Position numbers and translations under genes: made by a program | Shown here: positions 1-9,196 of the stretch, piece by piece | Position numbering within the stretch: position 1 is the stretch's first letter | Layout of the letters: each line of letters opens with the position of its first letter | The notes under the pieces: model-generated | The model's database searches: none | The model's input: the letters and a program-made list of their open reading frames with translations, nothing else | What the model was told of the DNA's origin: nothing | NCBI GenBank assembly: GCA_041389425.1 | Contig: JAWKRX010000028.1 | Coordinates: forward strand, 6,388 to 70,387 | DNA from: Myxococcota bacterium | GTDB lineage: Bacteria; Myxococcota_A; UBA9160; UBA4427 | DNA length: 64,000 bases | Reading direction: 5' to 3'

Positions 1-218
1 CTCGCTTCGTCGACGAGAAAGGCGTAGTGCTGCGTATCGAACGCCATCTCGCCGGCCTCGATGAAATCCAACGATGCGTCGTGGGCCAGGCCGACCACGA
101 GAAACGGCCCGAACGGCGTCGGCTCGTCGAGTCCCAGCACCTCCGCGAGAAACGAGGCCGAAGTCTTCTTGTCGCGGCAGTGGACCAGGGTGTGACTGAA
201 GCGAATCGAAGTCTTCAT
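1..218 (-). CDS. VOC/glyoxalase-bleomycin-resistance family protein (truncated by window edge)
   Basis: Own translation from ATG 218: MKTSIRFSHTLVHCRDKKTSASFLAEVLGL...LDFIE...QHYAFLVDE. The H-T-L-V and H-Y-A-F motifs are typical of VOC proteins. Not in the ORF track. Confidence 0.8.
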   Translation of the reverse strand, partial: MKTSIRFSHTLVHCRDKKTSASFLAEVLGLDEPTPFGPFLVVGLAHDASLDFIEAGEMAFDTQHYAFLVDEA

Positions 219-288
219 GCGACGACCCTCCGCAAGGAGTCATGGCGACACATCCCGTGCCGCTGACTGGCATCCACGCGAGTCTCAT

Positions 289-711
289 TCACGCCTGGGC
301 ACTCTCGGCCCTTTCGACGTACGCCTTGAAATTGTCGAGGATCGCCTGCCAGCCGTCACGCTGCATTTCGATCGAATTCGATTCTTCGGCATCGAACGTC
401 TGACGGACTCGCGTCGAGCCACCCTGCTTTTCGAAGCGCGTCATCACCTTCCGGTCGTCATCCATCGTGTACGTGAGGGCGTGCGGAGCAGAAACCTCGT
501 CGTAGATCGCCTCGAAATCGAACCCGAAGCTCCCGTCCTTGGCCTCCATCCGAGCTCTGTAGCGCCCGCCGACGCGCAGATCATTCTCGGCATTCGGACA
601 ACACCAATCATCCGACGCGAAGTTCCAGTGGACGATGTGTTCCGGTTCGGTCCAGCACGCCCAGACGCGCTCAGGTGTCGTTGCGACCACGGCTTCGATC
701 GTGATCTTCAT
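289..711 (-). CDS. SRPBCC/AHSA1-like domain protein
   Basis: MKITIEAVVATTPERVWACWTEP...DLRVGG...GWQAILDNF. GGAG-rich RBS before ATG 711. Confidence 0.85.
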   Translation of the reverse strand: MKITIEAVVATTPERVWACWTEPEHIVHWNFASDDWCCPNAENDLRVGGRYRARMEAKDGSFGFDFEAIYDEVSAPHALTYTMDDDRKVMTRFEKQGGSTRVRQTFDAEESNSIEMQRDGWQAILDNFKAYVERAESAQA

Positions 712-967
712 CACTCCCCCACCTCCGTCGTCCAATCGCGGGAAACCAATGGATCCCGCTCAGTGATCGCACAACGAGCGAATCCTTCAAGGTCTACCCG
801 ATGGCCATCGTCGCCGATGCCAGGCGAGTGCCATGAAGCGGGACATTCTCTCGGAAACGACGAGTGTTCCGCGTGCAGGGCATCGCTCGATCGGTGCCTG
901 AGGGCACTGGACACACCGGTCACGTATCGACCCGATGCAGCATCGACGAAGCCTCGTCGGCCTCCTG

Positions 968-1873
968 CTACCGCCACTCTCCGCTCGAGACGATCCCGGG
1001 ATGCGAACCCTCCGGCGCAACCGCCGGCGGCAGCTTCGCCTTGCCATCGAGCCCGAACACCGCGAACCCGGCAGCCGTCGGGAAGTGCATGCTATGCGTC
1101 ACGAGACCGGTCCGCTCCGCCGCCGGGAGATGCGCGAGCTGAAGAGCACATTCGGCGAGATACTCGACCCTCTCCGTCGGATAGTCGCCCGGGATGTAAC
1201 GCGCCGCGCCCGGCGTCGCGATCGCCGTCGACGGCGCGATCAGGTTCACGGCGATGTTGCTCGCGAGGCATTCCGCGGCGAGCCCCTGCGTGAATCGATT
1301 CAATGCGGCCTTCACGGCGGCATACAGCGTCGATCCGCCGTTGGCATCGAACCATCCGTAGGGCTTGTCGGGCGGCTGCGCCGTCACCGAGCCGACGTTC
1401 ACGATCCAGCCCGCGCCCCGGGATTTCATCAGCGGAATGGCCGCCCGCGAGAGCACGAACGGTGCGCGAAGATAATGATCCATCGTGCGGTCGTAGGTCG
1501 CGTCGCTCATCTCGGCGATCGTCGCGTACTCCGCATAGCCCGCGTTGTTGACGAGGATGTCGAGGCCGCCGGCGAGGGCCGCCGCCCGGGCGACGAGCTC
1601 TTCCCGATCCTGTGCGCTTTCGAGATCGGCGGCCAGCGCGAAGGCGCGGCCGCCGGCGCGCTCGATCAGGTCGACGGTCTCGCGCAGGGTCCCCGGCTCG
1701 TTCTTCGCCGTCTCGAGGCTGCGCGCCGTCACGACGACGGTCGCCCCCGCGGCGGCGAAGCGCTGGGCGATCGCGCGGCCGATCCCGCGGCTCCCGCCCG
1801 TGATCAAGGCGATCCGCCCGTCCAGCCGCGGCGCGTCGCCGCCCGCGCCAGCCATCGTCTCTCGACTCGACAT
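968..1873 (-). CDS. SDR family oxidoreductase
   Basis: TGGSRGIG, NNAG and YAAVK motifs. Start at MSSRET after GAGGAG. Confidence 0.9.
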   Translation of the reverse strand: MSSRETMAGAGGDAPRLDGRIALITGGSRGIGRAIAQRFAAAGATVVVTARSLETAKNEPGTLRETVDLIERAGGRAFALAADLESAQDREELVARAAALAGGLDILVNNAGYAEYATIAEMSDATYDRTMDHYLRAPFVLSRAAIPLMKSRGAGWIVNVGSVTAQPPDKPYGWFDANGGSTLYAAVKAALNRFTQGLAAECLASNIAVNLIAPSTAIATPGAARYIPGDYPTERVEYLAECALQLAHLPAAERTGLVTHSMHFPTAAGFAVFGLDGKAKLPPAVAPEGSHPGIVSSGEWR

Positions 1874-1938
1874 GAGAAGCTCCTCGCGAATGAGGACCGG
1901 ATCCCTCGCGAGGGGGCGATCCCGGCCTGCTTTTCCGA

Positions 1939-1971
1939 TTGAATCCGGCTGCGCGGTGAGTGTACACTCAC
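1939..1971 (+). promoter_or_regulatory. sigma70-like promoter (TTGAAT-18-TACACT) overlapped by perfect 16-bp palindrome GTGAGTGTACACTCAC; probable TetR operator
   Basis: Palindrome at 1956-1971 in the divergent SDR/TetR intergenic region, covering the -10 box. Confidence 0.7.
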
Positions 1972-1982
1972 TTTCGACCCCC

Positions 1983-2765
1983 ATGGCAACCCATCGTCTC
2001 AACCACGCCGATCGCCGCGACTCGATTCTCGAGGCCGCGACCGCTGCATTCGCCGCCCGCGGCTTCGACGGTGCCCGGACGCTCGAGATCGCCCGGTCCG
2101 CCGGCGTCTCCGAAGCCCTCCTCTACCGCCATTTCGATTCGAAGGAAGCGCTCTACGCGGCGGTGCTCGACCGCCTCATCGAACAGCAGGACCACAACTT
2201 CGCCGCGCTCCAGCTACCCGAGCCTTCGACGCAGGGCCTCGTCGAGACGCTCTGGCGTTATTTCGAGGCCTGCGTGCGAAACCCGCCGACCTCGCGGGCG
2301 TCGACGGGACAGCGGATCCTGCTCCTCTCGCTCGCCGGCGATGGCGAGCACGCGGGCATGCTCTACGAGCGGGCGCAGGCGATCGGCGTGCGCGCCTTCC
2401 GCCGTGCGCTCGAGGCTGCCCGGCGCGAGGGCAGCCTCGAGAGCGCGTCGATCGATCCGCGCAACGCCTGGAATTTCATCGAGCACGTCGGCTCGATGAT
2501 CACGTCCAGCGGGCTCTCCGGCCGTTCGGTCATCCCTTATGCAGGATCGGATGCAGGCTCCGATGCACGATCGGGTGCGGGGTCGGAGGCCGGATCGCAG
2601 AGCCGATCGAGAGCCGGATCGAAGGCGCGCCTCGTGCGCGAGGCCGTGCTCTTCTGCGGCCGCGGACTGGGCCTCAAGGACGCAGCGATCGGTGCCCATG
2701 CGCCGAAGCCCGTGTTGCGCGCGAAGCGGCGCAGCGCGGCCAACCCGAACCGGAGCTCGCAATGA
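1983..2765 (+). CDS. TetR/AcrR family transcriptional regulator
   Basis: RRDSILEAATAAFAARGFDGARTLEIARSAGVSEALLYRHFDSKEALY helix-turn-helix; 3' part of ORF 1545..2765. Confidence 0.9.
   Translation: MATHRLNHADRRDSILEAATAAFAARGFDGARTLEIARSAGVSEALLYRHFDSKEALYAAVLDRLIEQQDHNFAALQLPEPSTQGLVETLWRYFEACVRNPPTSRASTGQRILLLSLAGDGEHAGMLYERAQAIGVRAFRRALEAARREGSLESASIDPRNAWNFIEHVGSMITSSGLSGRSVIPYAGSDAGSDARSGAGSEAGSQSRSRAGSKARLVREAVLFCGRGLGLKDAAIGAHAPKPVLRAKRRSAANPNRSSQ
2541..2624 (+). repeat. Degenerate in-frame 12-bp tandem repeat x7 (AGSD-AGSD-ARSG-AGSE-AGSQ-SRSR-AGSK)
   Basis: gcaggatcggat gcaggctccgat gcacgatcgggt gcggggtcggag gccggatcgcag agccgatcgaga gccggatcgaag. Confidence 0.75.
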
Positions 2766-4702
2766 CCTCGTCTGCGTCGCCCCCCTCGCCGCCCCTGCCC
2801 CGCGCATCCCGCTCGCAGGCCCCCGATCCGAAGGCCCTCGAGAGCGCTCTGCAGGAAGCGAACCTCGAGACGCTGCTGATGGTGCATACCCATCTGACCC
2901 ACGACGAGGCCTTTCTCGAGAAGTTCGCCCCTCATATCCGCCCGCTCTACGCGCCGGTTCCCTCGGACGTCCCGGATTCGCTCGCCGCCGAGCTGCGCGA
3001 GCGGCTCTTCGCCCTCCTCTCCCGAGATGCGCCCATCGAGATTCCCGAGCTGCCGCGGCCGCTGATGCAGAAGATGATGTCGATCGGTGCGGGGGAGCCC
3101 GTCGCCGACGAATTCATCCCGCTGCTGCTCGACCAGATCGGACTCGAGCCCGCGAAGCCACGCCGCGAGTGGCCCGGGCGGGTCCCGCCGCCGGCGGATT
3201 TCCATGTCGTCGTGATCGGCGCGGGGCTGTCGGGCATCTGCGCCGGCGTGAAGCTCGCCGAGGCGGGCTACGCGTACACGATCTTCGAGAAGAACGAGAA
3301 CGCCGGTGGGACCTGGTGGGAGAACGTCTATCCCGGCGTCGGCGTCGATACCCCCAGCCATTTCTACTCCTTCTCCTTCGCCCAGAGCCCGGACTGGAAC
3401 GAATATCATCCCCGCGGCGCCGACATGCGGGCGTATTTTCTCGGCGTCGTCGAGCGCTTCGGCCTGCGAAAGCAGATCGAGTTCGAGACCCGCGTGCTCG
3501 GCTGCGAATGGGACGAGGCGAAGAAGCGCTGGCGCGTGAGCGTCCAGAAACAGGGCGAGCCCAGCCGGATCGTCGAGGCCGATGCCGTCCTCAACGCCCA
3601 CGGCATCGTGAATCGGCCTGCGTTCCCGAAGATCCCCGGGCTCGAGACCTTCCGCGGCGTCGTGATGCACACGACGCGCTGGGACCCGAACGTGCCGCTC
3701 GAGGGCAAGCGCATCGCCCAGATCGGGACCGGCGCGTCGGGCGCGCAGCTCGCCGTCGCGATCGCCCCGAAGGCCGAGCGGCTCACGATCTTCCAGCGCT
3801 CGCGCCACTGGCTGCTCAACAACCCGAGCGCGGGGCAGCCGGTCCCGGACGGCGTGAAGTGGGCCCTGCGCAACATCCCGAAATACGCCGAGTGGTTCCG
3901 CTTCCGCGCCTACTGGTTCGCGGCGGACGGCCTCTTCCCGAACGTGCTGCGCGATCCGAGCTGGCCCCATCAGGACCGATCCGTCTCCGCCGGCAACGAC
4001 GCCATGCGCGAGTTCACCCTCGCCTACTACCGCGAGAAGCTGGCCGACCGCCCGGACCTGCTCGAGAAGGTCGTCCCCGACATCCCGATCTTCTCGAAGC
4101 GGATCGTGATGGATACCGGCTATCTCGACACGCTGAAGCGGCCGAACGTCGAGCTCGAGATCGATCCCATCGAGCGCGTCACCGAGACCGCGATCGTCAC
4201 CCGGAGCGGACGCGAGATCGAGGTCGACGTGATCGCCCTCGCGACGGGCTTCGAGGTGGCGAAGATGCTCGGGCCCCTGCGCGTGATCGGCCGCGGCGGC
4301 CGCGACCTCGGCGCCGAGTGGGGCGAGGAGGATCCGCGCGCCTATCTCGGGATCCAGGTCCCCGGCTATCCGAACTTCTTCATGACGGGCGGCCCGAACT
4401 CGGCGCCGAACCATGCCGCGGGGCAGAACATCGTGTCCGAGCGCCAGGTCCACTACATGATCGAGTGTCTCGACCACGCCCGGGCCCGCGGCGCGCGCAC
4501 GATCGAGCCGACCGAAGCCGCCTACGCAGCGTTCAACCGCCAGATCGACGAACGCATGCCGCAGATGATCTGGTCGCATCCGAAGGCGAAGAGCTACTAC
4601 CGCAACAGCCAGGGTCGCATCTTCCTCTCCTGGCCCTATCGTCTCGTCGACTATTTCAACGCGACCCTCGGCCCGAACCCCGACCACATGCAGCTCGATT
4701 GA
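2762..4702 (+). CDS. Baeyer-Villiger monooxygenase, 4-hydroxyacetophenone monooxygenase (HapE)-like with N-terminal extension
   Basis: GAGLSG, WWENVYPG, BVMO fingerprint FRGVVMHTTRWD and GTGASG; about 150-aa N-terminal extension (ALQEANLETLLM). Confidence 0.88.
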   Translation: MTSSASPPSPPLPRASRSQAPDPKALESALQEANLETLLMVHTHLTHDEAFLEKFAPHIRPLYAPVPSDVPDSLAAELRERLFALLSRDAPIEIPELPRPLMQKMMSIGAGEPVADEFIPLLLDQIGLEPAKPRREWPGRVPPPADFHVVVIGAGLSGICAGVKLAEAGYAYTIFEKNENAGGTWWENVYPGVGVDTPSHFYSFSFAQSPDWNEYHPRGADMRAYFLGVVERFGLRKQIEFETRVLGCEWDEAKKRWRVSVQKQGEPSRIVEADAVLNAHGIVNRPAFPKIPGLETFRGVVMHTTRWDPNVPLEGKRIAQIGTGASGAQLAVAIAPKAERLTIFQRSRHWLLNNPSAGQPVPDGVKWALRNIPKYAEWFRFRAYWFAADGLFPNVLRDPSWPHQDRSVSAGNDAMREFTLAYYREKLADRPDLLEKVVPDIPIFSKRIVMDTGYLDTLKRPNVELEIDPIERVTETAIVTRSGREIEVDVIALATGFEVAKMLGPLRVIGRGGRDLGAEWGEEDPRAYLGIQVPGYPNFFMTGGPNSAPNHAAGQNIVSERQVHYMIECLDHARARGARTIEPTEAAYAAFNRQIDERMPQMIWSHPKAKSYYRNSQGRIFLSWPYRLVDYFNATLGPNPDHMQLD

Positions 4703-4761
4703 GCCCGCGCCCCCGCGCGCAGGAACCGCGCGCGTGCGACTCTCGCGAAGGAGCCCCGAAC

Positions 4762-5694
4762 ATGCCCCTCGATCCGCAAGTCGAAGCCCTGCTCGCCCCG
4801 GCGCCCGAAGGCTTCGAGATGACGAGCCTGCCGATCGACGTCCTGCGCAAATACGTGCGCGAATCGTCGACGGCCTATCCCAAGCTCGCCGTCCCGCTCG
4901 CCGGTGTCGCCGACCGCACGATCCCCGGCCCCGGCGGCGCGCTGCCCGTCCGGATCTACACCCCGACGGGCCAGGCGCCCTTCCCGATCGTCGTCTACTT
5001 CCACGGCGGCGGCTGGGTCGTCGGCGATCTCGATACCCAGGACATGATCTGCCGAGCGCTCTGTCATGGTGCGGGCTCCGTCGTCGTTTCGGTCGACTAC
5101 CGCCTCGCGCCCGAGCATCGATTTCCCGCGGCGGTCGAGGACGCCTGGGCCGCGACGAACTGGGCGGCGATCCATGCGGCGGAGATCGGCGGTGACGCGA
5201 GTCGACTCGCCGTCGCCGGCGACAGCGCTGGCGCGAATCTCTCCGCGGCCGTCGCGCTCCGCACCCGCGACGAGGGCGGTCCGGCCCTGCGCGCGCAGAT
5301 CCTGATCTACGGCTCCTGCAACTATCCCTCGGAGCGGACACCCTCGGCCGACGAGTTCGCGAGCGGCCCGATCCTGACCGACGCCGCGATCGCCTGGTTC
5401 TGGCAGCAGTTCCTCTCCGATCCGGTGGCCGAGCAGGATCATCCCTGGGCCTCGCCCGCGCGGGCCGCGCATCATCGCGGCCTCGCCCCCGCGTTCGTGG
5501 CGAGCGCCGAGCTCGATCCCAGCCGGGACGACGGGGAGCGCTATGCGGAGAAGCTCCTGCGCGCCGGCGTCCCGACCGAGAGCCGGCGCTATCCCGGCAT
5601 GCCCCACGGCTTCGTCTCCTGGGTCGGCCTCGTCGACCAGGCCCAGCGCTGCGTCGACGACGCCTCCGCGTTCCTGAAGCGCTGGAACGCCTAG
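4762..5694 (+). CDS. Alpha/beta hydrolase, HSL-family esterase
   Basis: MPLDPQV..., HGGGW, GDSAG, ELDPSRD and HGF triad motifs. Confidence 0.9.
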   Translation: MPLDPQVEALLAPAPEGFEMTSLPIDVLRKYVRESSTAYPKLAVPLAGVADRTIPGPGGALPVRIYTPTGQAPFPIVVYFHGGGWVVGDLDTQDMICRALCHGAGSVVVSVDYRLAPEHRFPAAVEDAWAATNWAAIHAAEIGGDASRLAVAGDSAGANLSAAVALRTRDEGGPALRAQILIYGSCNYPSERTPSADEFASGPILTDAAIAWFWQQFLSDPVAEQDHPWASPARAAHHRGLAPAFVASAELDPSRDDGERYAEKLLRAGVPTESRRYPGMPHGFVSWVGLVDQAQRCVDDASAFLKRWNA

Positions 5695-5799
5695 CCGCGG
5701 CGGGCGGGCGCGAGCCGGCAGGGCGCCGGATCGACCGGTCGCGCAAGGCGCGAGCGTGAGCAAGCGAACGAGCACGTGAGTGAAGAGGAGAAGAAGATC

Positions 5800-6657
5800 A
5801 TGACGAGTCCGGCGGAAGCATTTCGGGGCGGCGTCGCCGTCATCACGGGCGCAGGCAGCGGCATCGGCGAGGGCCTCGCGCGCACCGCCGCCGAGCTCGG
5901 CATGCGGGTCGCCCTCGCGGACATCGCGGCCGACCGGATCGAGCGCGTTGCCGCGGACATCCGTGCCGCCGGCGGCGAGGCGATCACGGTCCCGACCGAC
6001 GTCGCCGACCCGGCCGCCCTGGATCGGCTCGCAGTGACCGTCCACGATCGCCTCGGCGACGTCCGGCTCCTGATGAACAACGCCGGCATCGAGATCCTCG
6101 GCCTCTCCTGGGAGCTGCCCGTCGAAGTCTGGGAGCGCGCGATCCGGATCAACGTGCTCGGCGTGATCCACGGCGTGCGCGCGTTCGTCCCGCGCATGCT
6201 CGCCGCGGGCAAGCCCGCCTACATCGGCAATCTCTCCTCGATCGGCGGGCTCTCGATGATGGCCGTCCAGACCCCCTACATCCTGTCGAAGCACGCCGTC
6301 CTCTCGTTCAGCGAGTGCCTGCGCATGGAGATGGATCTCGTCGAGGCGCCGATCTCGGTCTCGGCCGTGCTCCCCGGTCCCATCGCGACGCGGATCTTCG
6401 AAGACGCCGCGACGGCCCCCGATGCCTCGAAGATCGAGTTCCACCGCAAAGCCATGCAGGACATGACTCATGGCCCCGGCAGCCTGACGGGCAAGCAGGC
6501 CGCCGAGATCATCCTCGCCGGGATCGCCGCGAAGGAGTTCTTCGTCTCGACCCATCCGGAGATCACGGCCCAGATGGCCAAGCAGCGCGCCGAGCATCTC
6601 TCGACCCTCTCGACGCCGACCCTCGGCGAAGAAGCGCGCCGCATGCTGCTCGGCTGA
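5800..6657 (+). CDS. SDR family oxidoreductase
   Basis: TGAGSGIG, NNAG and YILSK motifs; RBS GAGGAG. Confidence 0.9.
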   Translation: MTSPAEAFRGGVAVITGAGSGIGEGLARTAAELGMRVALADIAADRIERVAADIRAAGGEAITVPTDVADPAALDRLAVTVHDRLGDVRLLMNNAGIEILGLSWELPVEVWERAIRINVLGVIHGVRAFVPRMLAAGKPAYIGNLSSIGGLSMMAVQTPYILSKHAVLSFSECLRMEMDLVEAPISVSAVLPGPIATRIFEDAATAPDASKIEFHRKAMQDMTHGPGSLTGKQAAEIILAGIAAKEFFVSTHPEITAQMAKQRAEHLSTLSTPTLGEEARRMLLG

Positions 6658-6666
6658 ACGATTCCG

Positions 6667-7860
6667 ATGCAACAGGAGAACGCCATGACCGCGATCATCG
6701 ACATCGACGCCCATTTCGAACCCGGCGAAGACTGGCTCGAGGCCTGGCCGAAGCTCGCGAAGCGGCTGCCGAAGCTGAATCCCGGGCTGCTCGCCGTCGA
6801 CGCGATCGTCGGTGACCTCCTGCGCGCCGTCCCCGAGGCCGAGCGGCCGCCGCTGCGGGAGCTGATGCCGCCCGGCCTGATGACGCTCTTCGGAGAGGAG
6901 AAGGCCGGCGAGAAGGCGCGCCGGGCGGAGTTCGAGGGCAAGAACCAGTTCGAGGTGGCGAACGCGGCGGCGCGGGTCAAATGGGTGCGCGAGCAGGGCA
7001 TCGCCCAGCAGCACGTGATCTGCCTCGCGGGCATCTCGTACAACCTGCAGATCCCCGAGCTCGCGCTGCGCCAGGAGGTGATCTCGGCCTGCAACGACTG
7101 GCTCGCGACGACCTGCGCCGCGGGCGAAGGCCTGCTTCGGCCGGTGACGGCCCTCGAGTACAACGATCTCGCCTACGTCGTCGCCGAGCTCGGCCGCATG
7201 CGCGCCCGCGGCAGCCGGATCTTCCTGATCCCCGGCTATCCGGTGAACGGGAAGCCGCCGAGCCATCCGGACTGGGATCGCGTCTGGGCCGCCGCCAGCG
7301 ATCTCGGCATGATGCCGATGCTGCATACCGGCTTCGAGCGCATGCATTTCGATCCGGGCTGGGCGAATCAGGGCGGCGATACGACGCTGCTGCGCATGAT
7401 CTGCAGCAGCCATCGCCACGTGGCCCCCATGACGCTGATCAACTCGATGATCTATTCCGGCGTCTTCGAGCGCTTCCCGAAGCTGACGCTGCTGCTCGCC
7501 GAGGTCGGTACGGGCTGGCTGCCCTTCCTCCACCGCGAGATCGACGACCGGGTCTCGCCGACGGCCGAGCTCTTCCTCGGCCAGGCGAAGCTGCGCTCGA
7601 AGCCGAGCGAGGTCCTGGCGCAGCACGTGAAGGCGACGCCGCTCTCCGGCGGCAACGACTCGCCGCTGCTGAAGATCATGGAGGAGCTGCCCGAAGACAT
7701 GCTCGTCTTCTCGTCGGACTTCCCGCATTTCGAGGGCTTCACCGCCCCGACCGACCATTACCGGAAGCTGCTCGCCGATCTTCCCCGCCCCCGCTTCGAG
7801 GCGTTCATGGGGGGCACGATCGACGCCGCCTTCCGGCGGATGGGCGAAGGACTGCTCTGA
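6667..7860 (+). CDS. Amidohydrolase family protein (Amidohydro_2-like)
   Basis: IDIDAH, MLHTG, LLAEVG and FSSDFPH motifs. Confidence 0.8.
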   Translation: MQQENAMTAIIDIDAHFEPGEDWLEAWPKLAKRLPKLNPGLLAVDAIVGDLLRAVPEAERPPLRELMPPGLMTLFGEEKAGEKARRAEFEGKNQFEVANAAARVKWVREQGIAQQHVICLAGISYNLQIPELALRQEVISACNDWLATTCAAGEGLLRPVTALEYNDLAYVVAELGRMRARGSRIFLIPGYPVNGKPPSHPDWDRVWAAASDLGMMPMLHTGFERMHFDPGWANQGGDTTLLRMICSSHRHVAPMTLINSMIYSGVFERFPKLTLLLAEVGTGWLPFLHREIDDRVSPTAELFLGQAKLRSKPSEVLAQHVKATPLSGGNDSPLLKIMEELPEDMLVFSSDFPHFEGFTAPTDHYRKLLADLPRPRFEAFMGGTIDAAFRRMGEGLL

Positions 7861-7861
7861 G

Positions 7862-8737
7862 ATGACACTCGAGACGTCGAGCGCGACCGAAACCACGAGC
7901 GCGGGAGAGATCACGCTCGAGACGACCGCCGACGAGATCGCGATCGTCACGATCCGCCGCCCGGCCCGGCGCAATGCCCTCTCCGCGCAGACGCTCGGCG
8001 AGCTGCACGCCGTCTTCGACGAGATCGCGTCGAGCCGCACGCTCCGCGTCGTCGTCGTGCGCGGCGAGGGCGTCGCCTTCTGCTCCGGTGCGGACATGAA
8101 GTCCGGCGTCGACGACCTGAAGCAGGCGGGCGACACGCCGACGGGCGCGCTGGCAGCGAGCGTCGAAGGCGCGATCCCGCGTGCCTTCGCGATGCAGGAG
8201 CTGATGGCCGGCCTCTTCGAGAAGATCCATCGCCTGCGCCAGCCCGTGATCGCGGCGATCCACGGTCCGGCCCACGGCGGCGGCTTCGCCCTCGCCCTCG
8301 CCTGCGACATCCGCTTCGCGACGCCGCAGGCCTCGTTCGGCGCCGTCTTCATCCAGCGCGGCGTCTCCGCCTGCGACATGGGAACGAGCTACCACCTGCC
8401 CCGCCTCGTCGGCGCCGCGCGCTCGGCCGAGCTGCTGCTGACGGGCCGCGTCTTCGACGCCGCCGAGGCCGAACGGATCGGCCTCGTCTTCGAGATCGTC
8501 GAAGAGTCGCTGCTGCAGGAGCGCGCGCTCGCGAAGGCCCGCGAGATCGCGGCGCACAGCCCGCTCGCGGTCTGGATGACGAAGGAGACGATGTGGCAGA
8601 CGGTCGATTCGCCGTCGCTGCGCCACGCCCTCGACCTCGAGAACCGGACCCAGATCCTCTGCACGGCGACGGGCGACATCGCCGAGGCCTTCGCCGCCTT
8701 CCGCGAGCGGCGAAAGCCGACCTGGAAGCCGCTCTAG
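7862..8737 (+). CDS. Enoyl-CoA hydratase/isomerase
   Basis: AFCSGAD, AAIHGPAHGGGFALALACDIR and CDMG motifs. Confidence 0.9.
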   Translation: MTLETSSATETTSAGEITLETTADEIAIVTIRRPARRNALSAQTLGELHAVFDEIASSRTLRVVVVRGEGVAFCSGADMKSGVDDLKQAGDTPTGALAASVEGAIPRAFAMQELMAGLFEKIHRLRQPVIAAIHGPAHGGGFALALACDIRFATPQASFGAVFIQRGVSACDMGTSYHLPRLVGAARSAELLLTGRVFDAAEAERIGLVFEIVEESLLQERALAKAREIAAHSPLAVWMTKETMWQTVDSPSLRHALDLENRTQILCTATGDIAEAFAAFRERRKPTWKPL

Positions 8738-8747
8738 CGCGAGCGGA

Positions 8748-9176
8748 TCAGGCCCAGCCCTTCGCGAGCGGGACGCGGTGATAGAAGACGAGCTTGCGGT
8801 GGGCGAAGCGCCAGACGCCGTCCTCGCGCTCGAAAACGTCGTCGTAATGCCCGGCAGCCGTCACTGCCTCGCCGTTCTCCACCATGCGCAGCTCGATGCT
8901 GCAGAAGCCCGTCGCGCGGTCGCCGGCGAGCTCGACCACGTGGTTGTGGATGAAGGGGATCGGGCGGAGCTCGCCGAAGGAGCTGCGATAGAGCTTGAGC
9001 AGGCGCGCATGGCCGCTCTCGCGGGTCCCGCCCGATTCCATGATGCCATCGCGGGTGAACAGCGCGACGATCTCTTCCGCGCGACCCGCGACGGCGAGCT
9101 GGCAGTAGCGCGCCGTCAGCTCGCGGATCGCATCGCGATCCTCGATGGCACGGATTCGTTCTTCGAGCGTGGGCAT
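8748..9176 (-). CDS. NTF2/SnoaL-like domain protein
   Basis: IEDRDAIRELTARY...HNHVVELAGDRA...GHYDDVFEREDGVWRF. Confidence 0.85.
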   Translation of the reverse strand: MPTLEERIRAIEDRDAIRELTARYCQLAVAGRAEEIVALFTRDGIMESGGTRESGHARLLKLYRSSFGELRPIPFIHNHVVELAGDRATGFCSIELRMVENGEAVTAAGHYDDVFEREDGVWRFAHRKLVFYHRVPLAKGWA

Positions 9177-9196
9177 GCGCGCCCTCCCGTTCTTCG

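Noticed and set aside
736-967. Possible riboswitch or sRNA upstream of the SRPBCC gene (several small hairpins)
   Set aside because: No recognisable aptamer consensus; short GC hairpins are expected at this composition.
2537-8379. Very long antisense ORFs (1069 aa at 2537..5746 and 1242 aa at 4651..8379; similar ones at 19803..23357 and 30151..33258)
   Set aside because: Shadow frames opposite well-supported genes. High GC and codon bias remove antisense stops, and the translations are Arg/Gly/Ala-rich with no motifs.
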